From positions 1 to 64,000 of the forward strand of contig OZ361260.1 of NCBI GenBank assembly GCA_977018835.1: 64,000 bases of DNA. Direction: 5' to 3'. Shown piece after piece: positions 48,217 to 59,623 of the stretch (positions are counted from its first letter, which is position 1; each line of letters opens with the position of its first letter). A program made the position numbers and the translations under genes. The notes under the pieces were generated by a model. The model saw nothing but the letters and a program-made list of their open reading frames with translations, did not search any database and was not told where the DNA came from. Origin of the DNA: Minutocellus sp. GHC0000111 (lineage: Eukaryota).

Positions 48217-50997
48217 ATGCGTGCCAATCCATGGGCCGGATGGTTGGCCTGCTGGCTATGGATATTGGCAGGCGTCGTGCCCTTTAGACCTACTAGAAGT
48301 AGCGTTGCTGCTGCGTCGTCCATACCCGAACCATATCAGCATCTGCATCACTGCAACTCGACCGCGCTGCCGTCCCGCCCACTTTCGCCCGATCCATTGG
48401 CGAGGTACTCATGGGAGCACAATGGCAAATTCGATCACAGTGAGCTGCAGCTGTACGACAGTCTGCCCGTCAGCTGGACGGCCGACCCACCGCATGCCTT
48501 TCGTGTCCCGCGGGCGACTTCTGCCGAGTCCAAAGTAGCCAGCATCGGCGTGCATTCGAATATCCACGTGGACATACTGGCGCCGGGGATGCTCACCCTC
48601 GACTTTGGAGTCGAGCGAGCCGGCTGGTTCGAGTTTGACTCCAACGACCTCGGGGACGATGAGATGTTGAAGTATCTGAAGTGCAGTCTATCGGAATACG
48701 ATCAGCCTTTAGAAGATAAGACCAAGATGCCCGTGAGATATGGCACCAACAATTATCGATTGGAGACCAACACAGAACTGTACGAGGGCATACGATTCGT
48801 GTTCGTCATGTTTGACCCTCCGTCCACCGACTCCAAACTCCACAGGATCACCTATCCCATCCGCCTCACCAACGTACGAGTAGTCAGCCAGATCTGTCCC
48901 GTCTCCTATGCCTCCTACTATTCCTCTCCCGACAATTTGCTGACCAAGGTGTGGTACTCCGGTGCCTACGGAGTTCGGCTCAACATGCACAAGGACGATT
49001 TTGGGACCGTCCTAATCGAGCGCGGGGACAGGGTGGCCATCCAGGGCGATCAACATCCGACCATTGCCGCCGCCCTCGCGGCCTTTGGAGATGGCAACAC
49101 CTCCAGCGGTCAGTCGGTGTACGGACTGATCCGATCCAGCCTCAACAAGACCGACAGTGGATGCGACGGTTGTCGCGTCGTCGATGATGGCATCATGTCG
49201 TATCCGATCCTTTGGGCGATGAGCGTGCTGGATTATTACTGGGCGACGGGAGATGTCGATACGTTCGCACATTACAAGCACGATATTGAAAATATTTTGG
49301 ATAAATCATCCAAGGTGTTCTATCCAGATATACCCAACATTGTATGGCAGGGTTGGGATGACAGACTTGACGATGGGTGGTGTGGACCATGCTCCGAGGA
49401 GGCGCAGCTCACCTTCGCCAATCTAGTGGTGAGGGCACACAATGACTTTGTTGGTACTCTGGTGGCTTCTGGTAAGAATGAGTGGGCCGATGATATTGCC
49501 AGATATGCGTCTAAGGCGAAGGAAATGGCAGAACGACTTACCGCTCAGCCCAACTGGTCCGATAGCTATGGCCTGCATGCGTCCGCCAACGCTATCAATG
49601 CCGCTTTGCCGACGTTAGACCCAGCGTTGATGGAGCATCTATTCGAGAGAGAATTTAATGACGTCGTTCGGATATGTTCCTTCAGTGCCTTCAATCAGTA
49701 CTGGATACTGCAAGCCATGGGCAACGCAAACAAGATGGACCATGCCCTTGCCAGCATCCGATTGTGTTGGGGGACCATGACGAAAGTGACCAAGGGTTGT
49801 TTTCTTGAAATTTTCGATCCGCGGTGGTTTGAGGAGTGGATCATGCGTCACGACGGGGCAAAGGCTCCCGGTCCACCCAGTTATTGTCATCCTTGGTCTA
49901 GCGGCGTCACGCATTGGCTGACAGAGACTCATGTTGGCATTCGGCCTTTACGCCCAGGTTACGAAGTGGCGCTTCTTTCACCTTTTGTTAGCAAGATGAA
50001 CCCAAGCATCAATGGGTCGGTGGGGACGCCTGTTGGGGCGATTGACGTTGATGCCGTTCTTGATGTTACAGAAGGAATTGTTCAAGTAAGGGCATCGTCG
50101 CCTGTGAAAACTAGGGTTGCTTTCCGGAAGAATCTGGACGGCTGCGTCCTCATTGCCATGGCCTTACACATGCGTGGAAATGCTGAAGACGCACATCCGT
50201 TACGAATGTTTCAGTCGAATAGCATCGGACAAGATCATTTGAGGTTGCATCCGCATTTAGCTTCGTCCTTGGTGTTCTCAGAATTGCTTGAGCCTGGACA
50301 ATACGTTATTGTTGGAAAATACGGCGCGTGTCAAAGGCTTGGTGCTCTACCGATAGGAACGACTTCTGATTCTCCTTACCCGCCTTTCCCACCGCTAGCA
50401 TATCCCGCGGCAACTCAAGTTGACTCGGAAACAAGAGGAAACTGGAAAGGAATGTATGGTACAAATGGCTTCATATTATGTGGCTTCGACAACGGAAAAG
50501 ACGTTGTGAGCTTGCCATCCTATGCCGGAAACGTGACAAAATATTACATGTGGGGCGGGGGACCCCACGACCCGCAGAGCCATTTTCGTGGTAAATCGCA
50601 GACCAATGCAACATACCTTCAGAGTCCATCCAAAAAGGGTTGGCGAGCGCTTGGGTCAATCGGCGATGAAGTAAGAGAAGGTCGCGGTCTGGTCATTGAC
50701 ATACCAATATTGGAGTCCAATCTGCACTCGTCTTTACCAACCAGGCAAATCTATCGAATAAGCGTTTACATGGTGGCCAGCGATCCCGACGGTGAGTTTG
50801 TTGTCAAAGCGATGGACTACAGAAGCCGGAGCAGCATTGCTCCTTTGGCGGCAATTCGGGATCATAGCAACGGAACTTATTGGACGATTGAGTACTCGTC
50901 TGGCGTTCGCCTACGCTTTGCTCCTCTCTCTGGCGCTACCACTATAAACGCCATTTTCTTTGAAAGGATAAGCCACAATTTAGGAGTTAAAAAATAA
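48217..50997 (+). CDS. Secreted six-hairpin glycosidase, alpha-L-rhamnosidase (GH78)-like
   Basis: Signal peptide, TLDFGVERAGW, IERGDR, SVLDYYWATGD, SYCHPWSSG and GIRPLRPGY; intronless 926 aa. Confidence 0.82.
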   Translation: MRANPWAGWLACWLWILAGVVPFRPTRSSVAAASSIPEPYQHLHHCNSTALPSRPLSPDPLARYSWEHNGKFDHSELQLYDSLPVSWTADPPHAFRVPRATSAESKVASIGVHSNIHVDILAPGMLTLDFGVERAGWFEFDSNDLGDDEMLKYLKCSLSEYDQPLEDKTKMPVRYGTNNYRLETNTELYEGIRFVFVMFDPPSTDSKLHRITYPIRLTNVRVVSQICPVSYASYYSSPDNLLTKVWYSGAYGVRLNMHKDDFGTVLIERGDRVAIQGDQHPTIAAALAAFGDGNTSSGQSVYGLIRSSLNKTDSGCDGCRVVDDGIMSYPILWAMSVLDYYWATGDVDTFAHYKHDIENILDKSSKVFYPDIPNIVWQGWDDRLDDGWCGPCSEEAQLTFANLVVRAHNDFVGTLVASGKNEWADDIARYASKAKEMAERLTAQPNWSDSYGLHASANAINAALPTLDPALMEHLFEREFNDVVRICSFSAFNQYWILQAMGNANKMDHALASIRLCWGTMTKVTKGCFLEIFDPRWFEEWIMRHDGAKAPGPPSYCHPWSSGVTHWLTETHVGIRPLRPGYEVALLSPFVSKMNPSINGSVGTPVGAIDVDAVLDVTEGIVQVRASSPVKTRVAFRKNLDGCVLIAMALHMRGNAEDAHPLRMFQSNSIGQDHLRLHPHLASSLVFSELLEPGQYVIVGKYGACQRLGALPIGTTSDSPYPPFPPLAYPAATQVDSETRGNWKGMYGTNGFILCGFDNGKDVVSLPSYAGNVTKYYMWGGGPHDPQSHFRGKSQTNATYLQSPSKKGWRALGSIGDEVREGRGLVIDIPILESNLHSSLPTRQIYRISVYMVASDPDGEFVVKAMDYRSRSSIAPLAAIRDHSNGTYWTIEYSSGVRLRFAPLSGATTINAIFFERISHNLGVKK

Positions 50998-51011
50998 TCT
51001 ACTTGGAATCC

Positions 51012-53129
51012 CTACTTCTTGCTATGTCCATATCGAGTCGCAGGTGTACCCTTTCCATAACAGTCGTTTGCGCTACTGAATTTGACAGCCGGAGTTCCAA
51101 GCTCAAGATTGGTCCCGCACCAGCGTAAGTTGTCAAACACGTACAGAATTTCCTTCTCGGCTTGACTGAGTTGCTTCTTGTCTTTGCTGCCAATTCGATA
51201 GTCCCAATTCTTCATCATGAAACTAGGATTAACAAAAAGGGCTTCGGCGTGGTGAAGATCAGAAGATGCGCTCACAAGGCCAAAAAGACTATCAACCTTC
51301 AGAGCATCTCCCTCAATTTGCCAGGTATAGATTTCATCTGATATCGATGATTGGGCAAAGAGCCGGCCATTTGTTGTTTCCTCAGCACCAGGATACAGAG
51401 CAACTCGAGCAGAGGCCTTGAATGGTTTTGATGGACTGTACCATGCCTTCTTGTTGCTAGGAAAGTTTGTCTCTCTCACATCAACCAGCTTTTCAAGACT
51501 CTCCATGTCCAATTTGGACCACAAGAATAAAACGTGATAGTCGCTGGCAATTCTTGGGAGAATAAATATACGGTCTGTTCGTCGTGCAAGTGCTACGAGG
51601 ACGGCGACATTCCATTGCAGCTGTAAAAAGTTGTGCCAGAACTCGACTTGGGCGAACGAGTATCCTCCAAGCACTCTCCCGTCTGCCATCAGATATCTTC
51701 GTCTATCTCCGTGTCGTTTGTAGTAGCCACCGCCTGTCTCTGGAGAACCAGCAAACCCCGTATAGGACCCCAATTCCTTTGACACCATCTTCTTACCATG
51801 AGGTGGCAGCAGGGGTGTATTGTCAAGCGTATGGATGGCCACGGTTGTTTCTGTTGGGACGGGATTTGGACTTGCTACCATTTCATGAGCATCAAAATAT
51901 TCGCGAGAAATGGGAAGTTCGAAATTCGGAATCTTTTCAGGAATGGGATCCTTCCATCGACCAAAGTGGTCCTTTCCCAAGTCGCTTCTTATCTTTTCCC
52001 CCTCGTGAAGTCGATGCGACAAGTTGGAAATATCGTTCATTAGGATCTGATCGTGCGTCTCTGGCGACAGAGCTGAGTATTCCACAAGATTTCGGAAGAA
52101 TTCCTTCGACCTTTCATTTGCGCGGACAGAAAAAATCCCAATATTGGCCCCTTCTGGATTCCATTGGTGCGAGGAGACCAAATAGTCCGTCCTTTGTTGC
52201 CTCAGCTGTTTGAGCGGCGATTTGATAAACCAGCAATCCATCTCGTAGAAGAAAAAGTTCACATCGCGATCGACGAGGGCACGGGAGACAATAAACTTCG
52301 TGCTTTGTACCAGTTCTTTGAGATTTTTCTGACTCTCGTCCTTTGTCTTTTTGTTGGTTTGAATCAATCCAGGTGCCGCCACGACGGGATATCCATACTC
52401 GCATGCCAATCCCAACGTATACTTATCCAGCGCTAGAAAGAAGAATGCATCCTGAAAGCCAACGATATCATTGTTCATCTCCCAGACATCATGAATCATG
52501 TCGTGCGAATACTTCTCATCCGTCATTGTGTAGGCAATTGCATCGATATCTTCGACAGATTTTAGTTTGGATAAGATGGTATCCAGCTGCTTATCAAAGG
52601 TTGTTATCAGACCTTTCTTGTAGCAGGCGGATGCTTGTTCCTTGGATACTTTCGGTGGAAACACCAACGCGGACATCCGATCACCATCAAGCTCCAGCTT
52701 TGTGGGTTCATCCGGCATGGGAGGGACAAAGTCAACGAGGGCCCGATGCCATTCCTCAGGCAGCCCATCCTCGGCACGTATCCGTACATAGTCGTACTGC
52801 CCATCCTCACCTACAACGTTGGGCATCTTGATTTGAAATGGATAGTCCAGCAATCGAGCTTGCAGATGTGTCGCACAATCGGTGGCATATGTGCTGCAGT
52901 CCGTGACTATTCGCCAGCTTGGGAGCATTGTTTGCTGTTGGTCAGCCTCCTCCGCAGATGCCGAAGAGGCGACTTTCCAGAATTCTTTGAGCCAGTCGAA
53001 ATTTAACAAGACATTGAGGAATGCTGCTGCTGCCAACAGCAGGTACAATAAAGTGGGCCCAAGAAGCATCCTGCATGTAGCTTTGTCGGCGGCAGCAGTC
53101 AGCATTGGCAGCAAAACGCCAACGGTCAA
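51012..53129 (-). CDS. Type II membrane nucleotide-diphospho-sugar transferase (GT77-like); start uncertain
   Basis: N-terminal TM, FFLALD, KFIVSRALV, YEMDCWFIKSP (DxD-like), ANIGIF and HDQ motifs. Confidence 0.78.
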   Translation of the reverse strand: MTVGVLLPMLTAAADKATCRMLLGPTLLYLLLAAAAFLNVLLNFDWLKEFWKVASSASAEEADQQQTMLPSWRIVTDCSTYATDCATHLQARLLDYPFQIKMPNVVGEDGQYDYVRIRAEDGLPEEWHRALVDFVPPMPDEPTKLELDGDRMSALVFPPKVSKEQASACYKKGLITTFDKQLDTILSKLKSVEDIDAIAYTMTDEKYSHDMIHDVWEMNNDIVGFQDAFFFLALDKYTLGLACEYGYPVVAAPGLIQTNKKTKDESQKNLKELVQSTKFIVSRALVDRDVNFFFYEMDCWFIKSPLKQLRQQRTDYLVSSHQWNPEGANIGIFSVRANERSKEFFRNLVEYSALSPETHDQILMNDISNLSHRLHEGEKIRSDLGKDHFGRWKDPIPEKIPNFELPISREYFDAHEMVASPNPVPTETTVAIHTLDNTPLLPPHGKKMVSKELGSYTGFAGSPETGGGYYKRHGDRRRYLMADGRVLGGYSFAQVEFWHNFLQLQWNVAVLVALARRTDRIFILPRIASDYHVLFLWSKLDMESLEKLVDVRETNFPSNKKAWYSPSKPFKASARVALYPGAEETTNGRLFAQSSISDEIYTWQIEGDALKVDSLFGLVSASSDLHHAEALFVNPSFMMKNWDYRIGSKDKKQLSQAEKEILYVFDNLRWCGTNLELGTPAVKFSSANDCYGKGTPATRYGHSKK

Positions 53130-55686
53130 ACTGTCGGCGCGCGACGGCGGCGGCGGGAGCGAGGTTTCAGTGAGGCGAATACGGTTACTTATGGGGACTT
53201 TCGGGGGTTTGATTGCCAGGTCTCAGTGTCTCAGTGTCCGCCCGTCAGTCCAGCATGTCATTCATTTCTTCCACCCAATTGCTGCCGACCATATCCATGC
53301 CCCAGACGACCACCAAGGTGGTCTGCAGCCGCCATGTTCGCCTCGGCATATCTTCTCTGTGTGTCTATCTTGGCCAGCGAGTCTTCATTCTGAGCCTCTC
53401 ATTATTGAAAGTCGCGAAAATCGACTTTCGGCGCATGTCATCGGCCCACCTCGACCTCCACGACGGCTACAATCACAAAGAAAAGTAACGATGATATGGA
53501 CTTGATCAGAGATTGTCAACATTTGATGGTTTTGCCGGTCAGTTTGATGCAGACACGGGGCGGTGGCATGGCAGTGCTATTGAGTTTGTATGCACAACAG
53601 TCACAAAACGTCGCCATCTCCCAAAACTCAAGAATTCGACTTTGTCGCAAAAACTGTCCTCAACATCGATGTGGCCTTATTGCTCGAAAAATTCCGCTTG
53701 GAGTTACTACACAACTTTTCAAATTTCTCTTCGATGCCACTACTGGAGCGATCGATGAGCTTCTTCTGCGGATTGGGTGTAAGTAAGTGGGTCGTTTTGT
53801 TGGTGCTTTCTAGATTTGCAATATATTTCCCGGTGTTGGGAAAGGCGCAAAAATCAGATGAGGTATAATAGTTGTTGAAGTTGAACCCTGGAGTTCTAGT
53901 TCTCGTTCAATCCTTAGAAGGTATGTACTAAACAATGGAAGTGCACGTGCTGGTTGTTGAGTTTGTGTTGGCAACCCATTGCATTCTCACACAATGACGA
54001 GTAAAACTAGAACTTCCAGATTCTCCTCAACTTCTCCACCGCGATACCACTTTCTCAATAGGCATGCCTATCTACGCCAAATTGACGATAGCGAGGCTTC
54101 CACTCGGACTGTATGCGCCTGTGCTGAGGCCCGATAGCATTTTTCTAGCAATTGGGCCTATGGTTTGGCCAAACTAGATCATGTTGTAATTTTTGGAGGG
54201 TGAGTTTCGTCGTTCTGGAAGGTCAAAATTACCAACATGACGAAAGTTTGGGCCAATGCGCGCCCATTCACCTAATCAGTACCTTATCCCCGCCCAGATA
54301 TGATATGGGGCGGCGCATCGATGAAAAGTTTCGCGGGGTTGCTGCAAGGATTGATGACCTGATGAGTATCTGAATGTTTCGTGGAGGTCGATGTCGGAAT
54401 TGGCGGGGTGCTGATTCCAAATTCCAATATTGATACTGAATGACAATGAATCACAACTACTCAATGGGAAGGGCATCAAACAACGCCCCTTGTTGTACCG
54501 GACTGACTTCTATGCTCATGGAAGGTCCTTTGTACCAGTATGGACTGTAATGGAGGCAAATTGAACTGAAAAATTGACGATTTTATCGTAAATCTCGGTG
54601 GTCGTCGACCTCCACGACGAGTCAGGGCTTGCAACTCAACAAATAAACACGAACTGAATAACACTCGCATTGTGCTCCACCAGAATATGTATCTAGTGGG
54701 ATTTTATGGGCAGTAGCTGTTGTAGAATTGCTCACTTGGCTATTTCTAGGCGTTACTACTATCTGAGAATAAGGTCGGGCCGGCGGCAGCCCTGTTGTAA
54801 CTACTGTAGACAAATTAAATGTGGCTACTAAGCTTCATGTAGTAGACAACTATGCATCATCTATGAAAAATTAACTTTTTAAACACATATGTAATGGAAC
54901 TAAAGCAAATAGAATGCTCTTGGTTTGGTCCTCATGCCGATCTATCACCATCCTCTCTCAACAAGATTGACCCTCTGCAATTTCTGCAATTTGGCTGAGG
55001 GCTCAATAAAAATTGGACACAATTAATAAAATTACGCCCATCGCTCGCAGCAGCCTGACGAAACTGATCAAAAGTCGAAAGATACATCATACTAGGAGGT
55101 GACTGCTTGGGAACGTTCATGGTTTTGCAAGCATGGGGCAAGTAGTATCGATTTTACATCTTGAATTCGAGTCGTCTCCGCTTCCAGCCGTTTCATTAGA
55201 TGTTTGACATGCGCCAAGAACACATGACACCTTGATCTGTCCTCTTTCTTCACCACCAGGCAATTGGAGCGCCCCCATATTATGTGCAGAGAGCTGTCAC
55301 AATCGATAGAAGCACGAAAAGAGTCTTCACATTGAAATTGTCTGCGCCGACAAGTCGAATTGAGGGTCTAAATCCAACCTGAAAATACCAAAAGTTTAAC
55401 TGCAGCGACCCCCATCAACGGATTCTTCATGCTTTCCCACGATAGATTGCTTCGATACAACCCAAATGCACCCATAGGATGATAATAAGGCAAAAAGTCG
55501 CCGTTGGTTGATTTTGAAGCCAACGAATGAATCACCTCAAGCCTCCGCTAGGAATTTCTAGTGCCAACCTTCGAATCCTTCAATTTCGTCGCTGGTACTA
55601 ATGGCGTTGCATTAACAATAGAATACATCCGACTCTCGCAGCCGACTAACGTTGTGGTTACTATTGCTTATAATATATGTATGGAT

Positions 55687-57575
55687 CTATTCGGGCTTGT
55701 TATTGTTGTCATCGTCTCCCTGCTTCTCCACCACTGTAGATTTTAAATTCTTTAAAATTTCCGCATGTTCGTATTCGATGTCAGAATAGCTCCGTGTTGT
55801 ATTCGCCTTGGCATTTCTTTTACGCTTGCGCTTGCGCTTGGATTGGGATGAATGATTCGATGGAGCTGGGCCCCCATCACTGGCAGATGACCGTGTAGTC
55901 GCTTTAGTGATCACTCCTGGGTCTGGATCTGCATCTGAAGGCGTCTGCTCGTCCAACCCACCACTCAGTGACGACGGTGATCTGTGCTGTGGCGACGTGG
56001 ATTCAACGGTGCGTCCTTCTTTATTTGCATCCATATTGTGCAATAAATGCTGGGCTTCCTGCTGCAGCTGCAGATTTTGTTCAAGAAGAAATCGGACAGT
56101 CTGGTCCGCACTTGTAGACGGTGAGGAGCTGGTTGATGAAGAGGCAATCGGCGAAGTCTGCATAATGGAATTGTTGTTGATGGCATTTCCAATATTGAAA
56201 CCGGGCTGAGACATCTGTTGTTGTTGCTGCTGCTGTTGTAGCTGGATTGGTAGGCCTAGTAGCTGCTGCAACGGCAGTGCAACACAGGGGTTGTGGATTG
56301 TAGGGGTTTGTTGTGTGTTTAGATTTGGATGTTGCTGCGCCACATACGTTGGTTGGACTTGATTGTTGTACTGGTAGGAATGGAGGGGCCCATTGTTATA
56401 TGTACCGCCAGAATAGCTTTCGCCGCCGGTGGCACTGCTGTCACTGCCATTGCTGCTACCACTGACGATCCTATTCAATAAGAGTGACGCTGCCAGGGTT
56501 GCGAGCGTTGTTGGGGATGGCAAGGGCGCGGTTGGTGGTTGGGGTGCAAGTGATGGCTCTGCGGGTAAATCGATGACTGCGGAGCTACCCGAGTCTGGTG
56601 GTTTGTCGTAGTTGTTCCGGCTTGAAGGATATTCCGTTGGTTGTTCAGAAGCATCTTTATTAGTTCGATCTGCCCCTCACCTGTATCGGGAGTGCCGGTG
56701 CCGGGGTTAGTGCTAGTGCGTCCGGGCACAGCTGGATTGTCGGCGCTGGTATTGCTGCTCCACTCTGTTGAATCATGGAGAGAATTGCTGTCATCAGTCG
56801 AGGGCGATGTGGAACAGTGACCGCCTTGGCCATTCGCCCAATCCTCCTCCGCGGCAACTTGCTGCCACTGCTCAGACTCGTATGCCTTGATCTCTCTGTT
56901 GTACCGGTGGGCATCCCTCTCGGCAAGGCGCTGGTACCGGTCAAGTTCGCCGATGCCGACTTCCTTCCAGCGCTTGGCAATTTCTCGGCCCATATCTCGG
57001 AAGGACGATTGATGCTCAACCAGCGCGGCCATTCCTTTTGACATCTCGGGCAGGGATCTCGTGGACTTGCTTGGTGTGCTTTTGGGTGGTACGTCCTCGT
57101 CGTCCTCTTCGTCGTCCTCGCGGCTTGCTTTGGATGGCTCGGAAGATACCCAAGACGAGGTTGAGACGGTGCTACTATCCAAAACTCGATGTGCGCCGTA
57201 CTGTTTCTCCTCGTCGTCCTGGGCAGCATAAGCTGCTGCCATAGGAATTGAAGAAGCGCGAGGGGCGGCACCGACTTGAGCATCCTTCATGGCCTCTCGT
57301 TGCTTCCGCCGCTGTTTGAGGATGCGTTTCCGCTCGTCTTTGTAGAAAATATTGTAGGCCGTCTGGCAGAAGGAGAGGGTACGAAGTTTTTACATGCATA
57401 GAGAGGATAAGTGATGCGATGTTTATTTAATACGCCTGTTGAAGGGAACTGGCAATGGGATAACGACAAACGAACTCACCATTGGTTTCTTCGGCCGCTT
57501 CCTCGTCGGCCTCGCGAGCACTGTGACCGCTGCTTCCCCCCCTGCTGCCTGCTGCGGTAACCCTGTTGACGCCAT
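55687..57575 (-). CDS. Split HMG-box transcription factor, paralogue 1; intron 57363-57479, frameshift near 56595
   Basis: Splicing gives RPKKPM|TAYNIFYKDERKRIL, an insert, then SFRDMGREIAKRWKEV...YQRLAERDAHRYNREI. The Gln-rich tail is in ORF 55687-56523. Confidence 0.85.
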
Positions 57576-59623
57576 GATAAATCTCGTTTTATATGCGTTG
57601 GTAAGTTGATAACTTTGAACTGCTACCCGAAGCGAAGCGAATCGATTGGAGCATGAATAAGTAATGCAAGAAACACCGCCAATTCCGCCCGATAAAAAGC
57701 TCCGCAGTCCATGGCCGGGTGCGTTGCGTGCATGGCAACATTGAACACAAAAACCGCGGCCTGGGGATGAATCAGCCATCACAGAGCGATCACAGAGCGA
57801 AGCTCTATGATGTCATGGAAAACGAAGAACGAGGAATGTGTCAGAGTATGGAGCACGCTAAAAGTGACGCCAGTTGTGGAAACATGACGCCTTTTGTGCG
57901 TGTGGCCTTTTGTTTCCGAGCAGATGGCGTGTGTGGCTGAGGAATGGTAATCAATCACTCTATGGTAGTTGCTTTGTAAGAAAACACATTAGGGTCTGTG
58001 TACATGAAACCAGGCCGAGTCCGACGGATGCTGAAATTCCAACACCACTGGCTTCCTGCAGCAGAGTGGATGCATGGTAGCACAGCATCGAAACAATGCC
58101 CCAAGCATGCAAGGACGAAGAGAAAATCAGCAGCACCTCCTTCTACAACATGCAAAGCCAATGTGAGTGTCACGAGTGTGAAACTGCAACTCCAGATCCT
58201 GCGGCGATCTCTCCGCAAGACACACGTGCTCCCGTTGATTTGGCAAACGATTGAGGAAGAATTGCTTTGTGCTCTTGGACATTCCGACAGCAAGCCATCC
58301 CCGATGTTCCTTCAGGACTGACTGATGTTCGGTCGCCTGCTGCAGCCCCATCCTCAGGTGTTGGGCATGAGCGTTTGCGCTTCTACCAGACGTTTCCTCG
58401 CCGGACTTAGTTCCGGGTCCCCATGCGTTGCAATTGTTGCCACGCCTTCTTTGTTCGAGAACAACAACTGTTCTTCATGTCTGTCTTTCTTTTTCTTCTT
58501 TTTGATCCCATCCTTTTTTACAGCTTTAATTGCTAACAACATGCTGTTGAGTGCAGTCGTGCGGAGAGCCATCTGCCGCTGGTGCCGGGTGTCGGTCATC
58601 ATCAGACTAAGAGTCGTGTTTGCTTGCGCACGCTCGTGGTCGGCTGATCGCGCACTCCAGTTTCGCTTCCACGGCGTAAGTGGCACGGCAGCCGGTCCAG
58701 TCCGGGACGGCGCATGCTCATCGTCTTAGCAGGCTGACCGAGCGGTGACCACGAGCACTTCCCTCGGAACTAACAAACTGCTAGTAAATGAGGTTAGTCC
58801 CGCCAAAAAAACATGTTGGTCCCGTCTCCCTTTGAGATGGCCAGATGAGGGGGTTGTTAGTGGTCAACTACTAGTTGCAGCACTAGTAGCTCTAGCTTCT
58901 ACTAGCAACAACCTAGTGGCTAGTGTCATGGTCAGTGGCAGATGAACACCTGCCCCTTGTAAAGTGCTGCCCCTTAATTTGGCACCTCCTCTACCTGACG
59001 GGCCTGTTGAGGCAAGGCAACAGTGCACCAACACTAGATCTAGCTACGTAGCTAGCTAGCACGTCGCAGTTCAAATGCTCGAGGCGAGCATGCGGGCATG
59101 AAAATCTCATCCGGCCCTTCCTAGATCTAGATCTACATGTAGGCCTCGGGTCACAGATGTCGTGGCATTTCCCACCACCACCAGACCATGCACATGTAGG
59201 TCTAATCCGAGCAATTGGAAGTCCTCCATTGTCTCGCCTGTGTAAATTTTCATTGTCTTTGCCTTTGTGTGCATGTAGATCTATCCAGATCTAAATTTTC
59301 CCCATCCTTATGCTGAAACTAGAATTCCCGCAGTGAGTGCTAGCTAGTAGTAGCTACCGGTAGATCTACCCTGAGACAAAGCTCGCACACGTACCCAGAA
59401 TATTTTATGTACCGGTAGTTCTCTATGTAAATTATTTCATCTATATATATATATATATATTACAAACCAGCAAAGAATGCAGCTAGTATCGATTTGCACA
59501 CATACACTTTACTGCATGTATGTGCATTAACCACCGAGCCGGCATTTTCAATGCCGGCTCGAGTTTTCTTGGCAAGAGGGCAATCCTTGCTTCTCTTGGG
59601 GTGTGTTCATGACGGCAGCATGT

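Noticed and set aside
57955..58729. Short ORFs between the two HMG genes
   Set aside because: Fragmentary, with no motif I can support.
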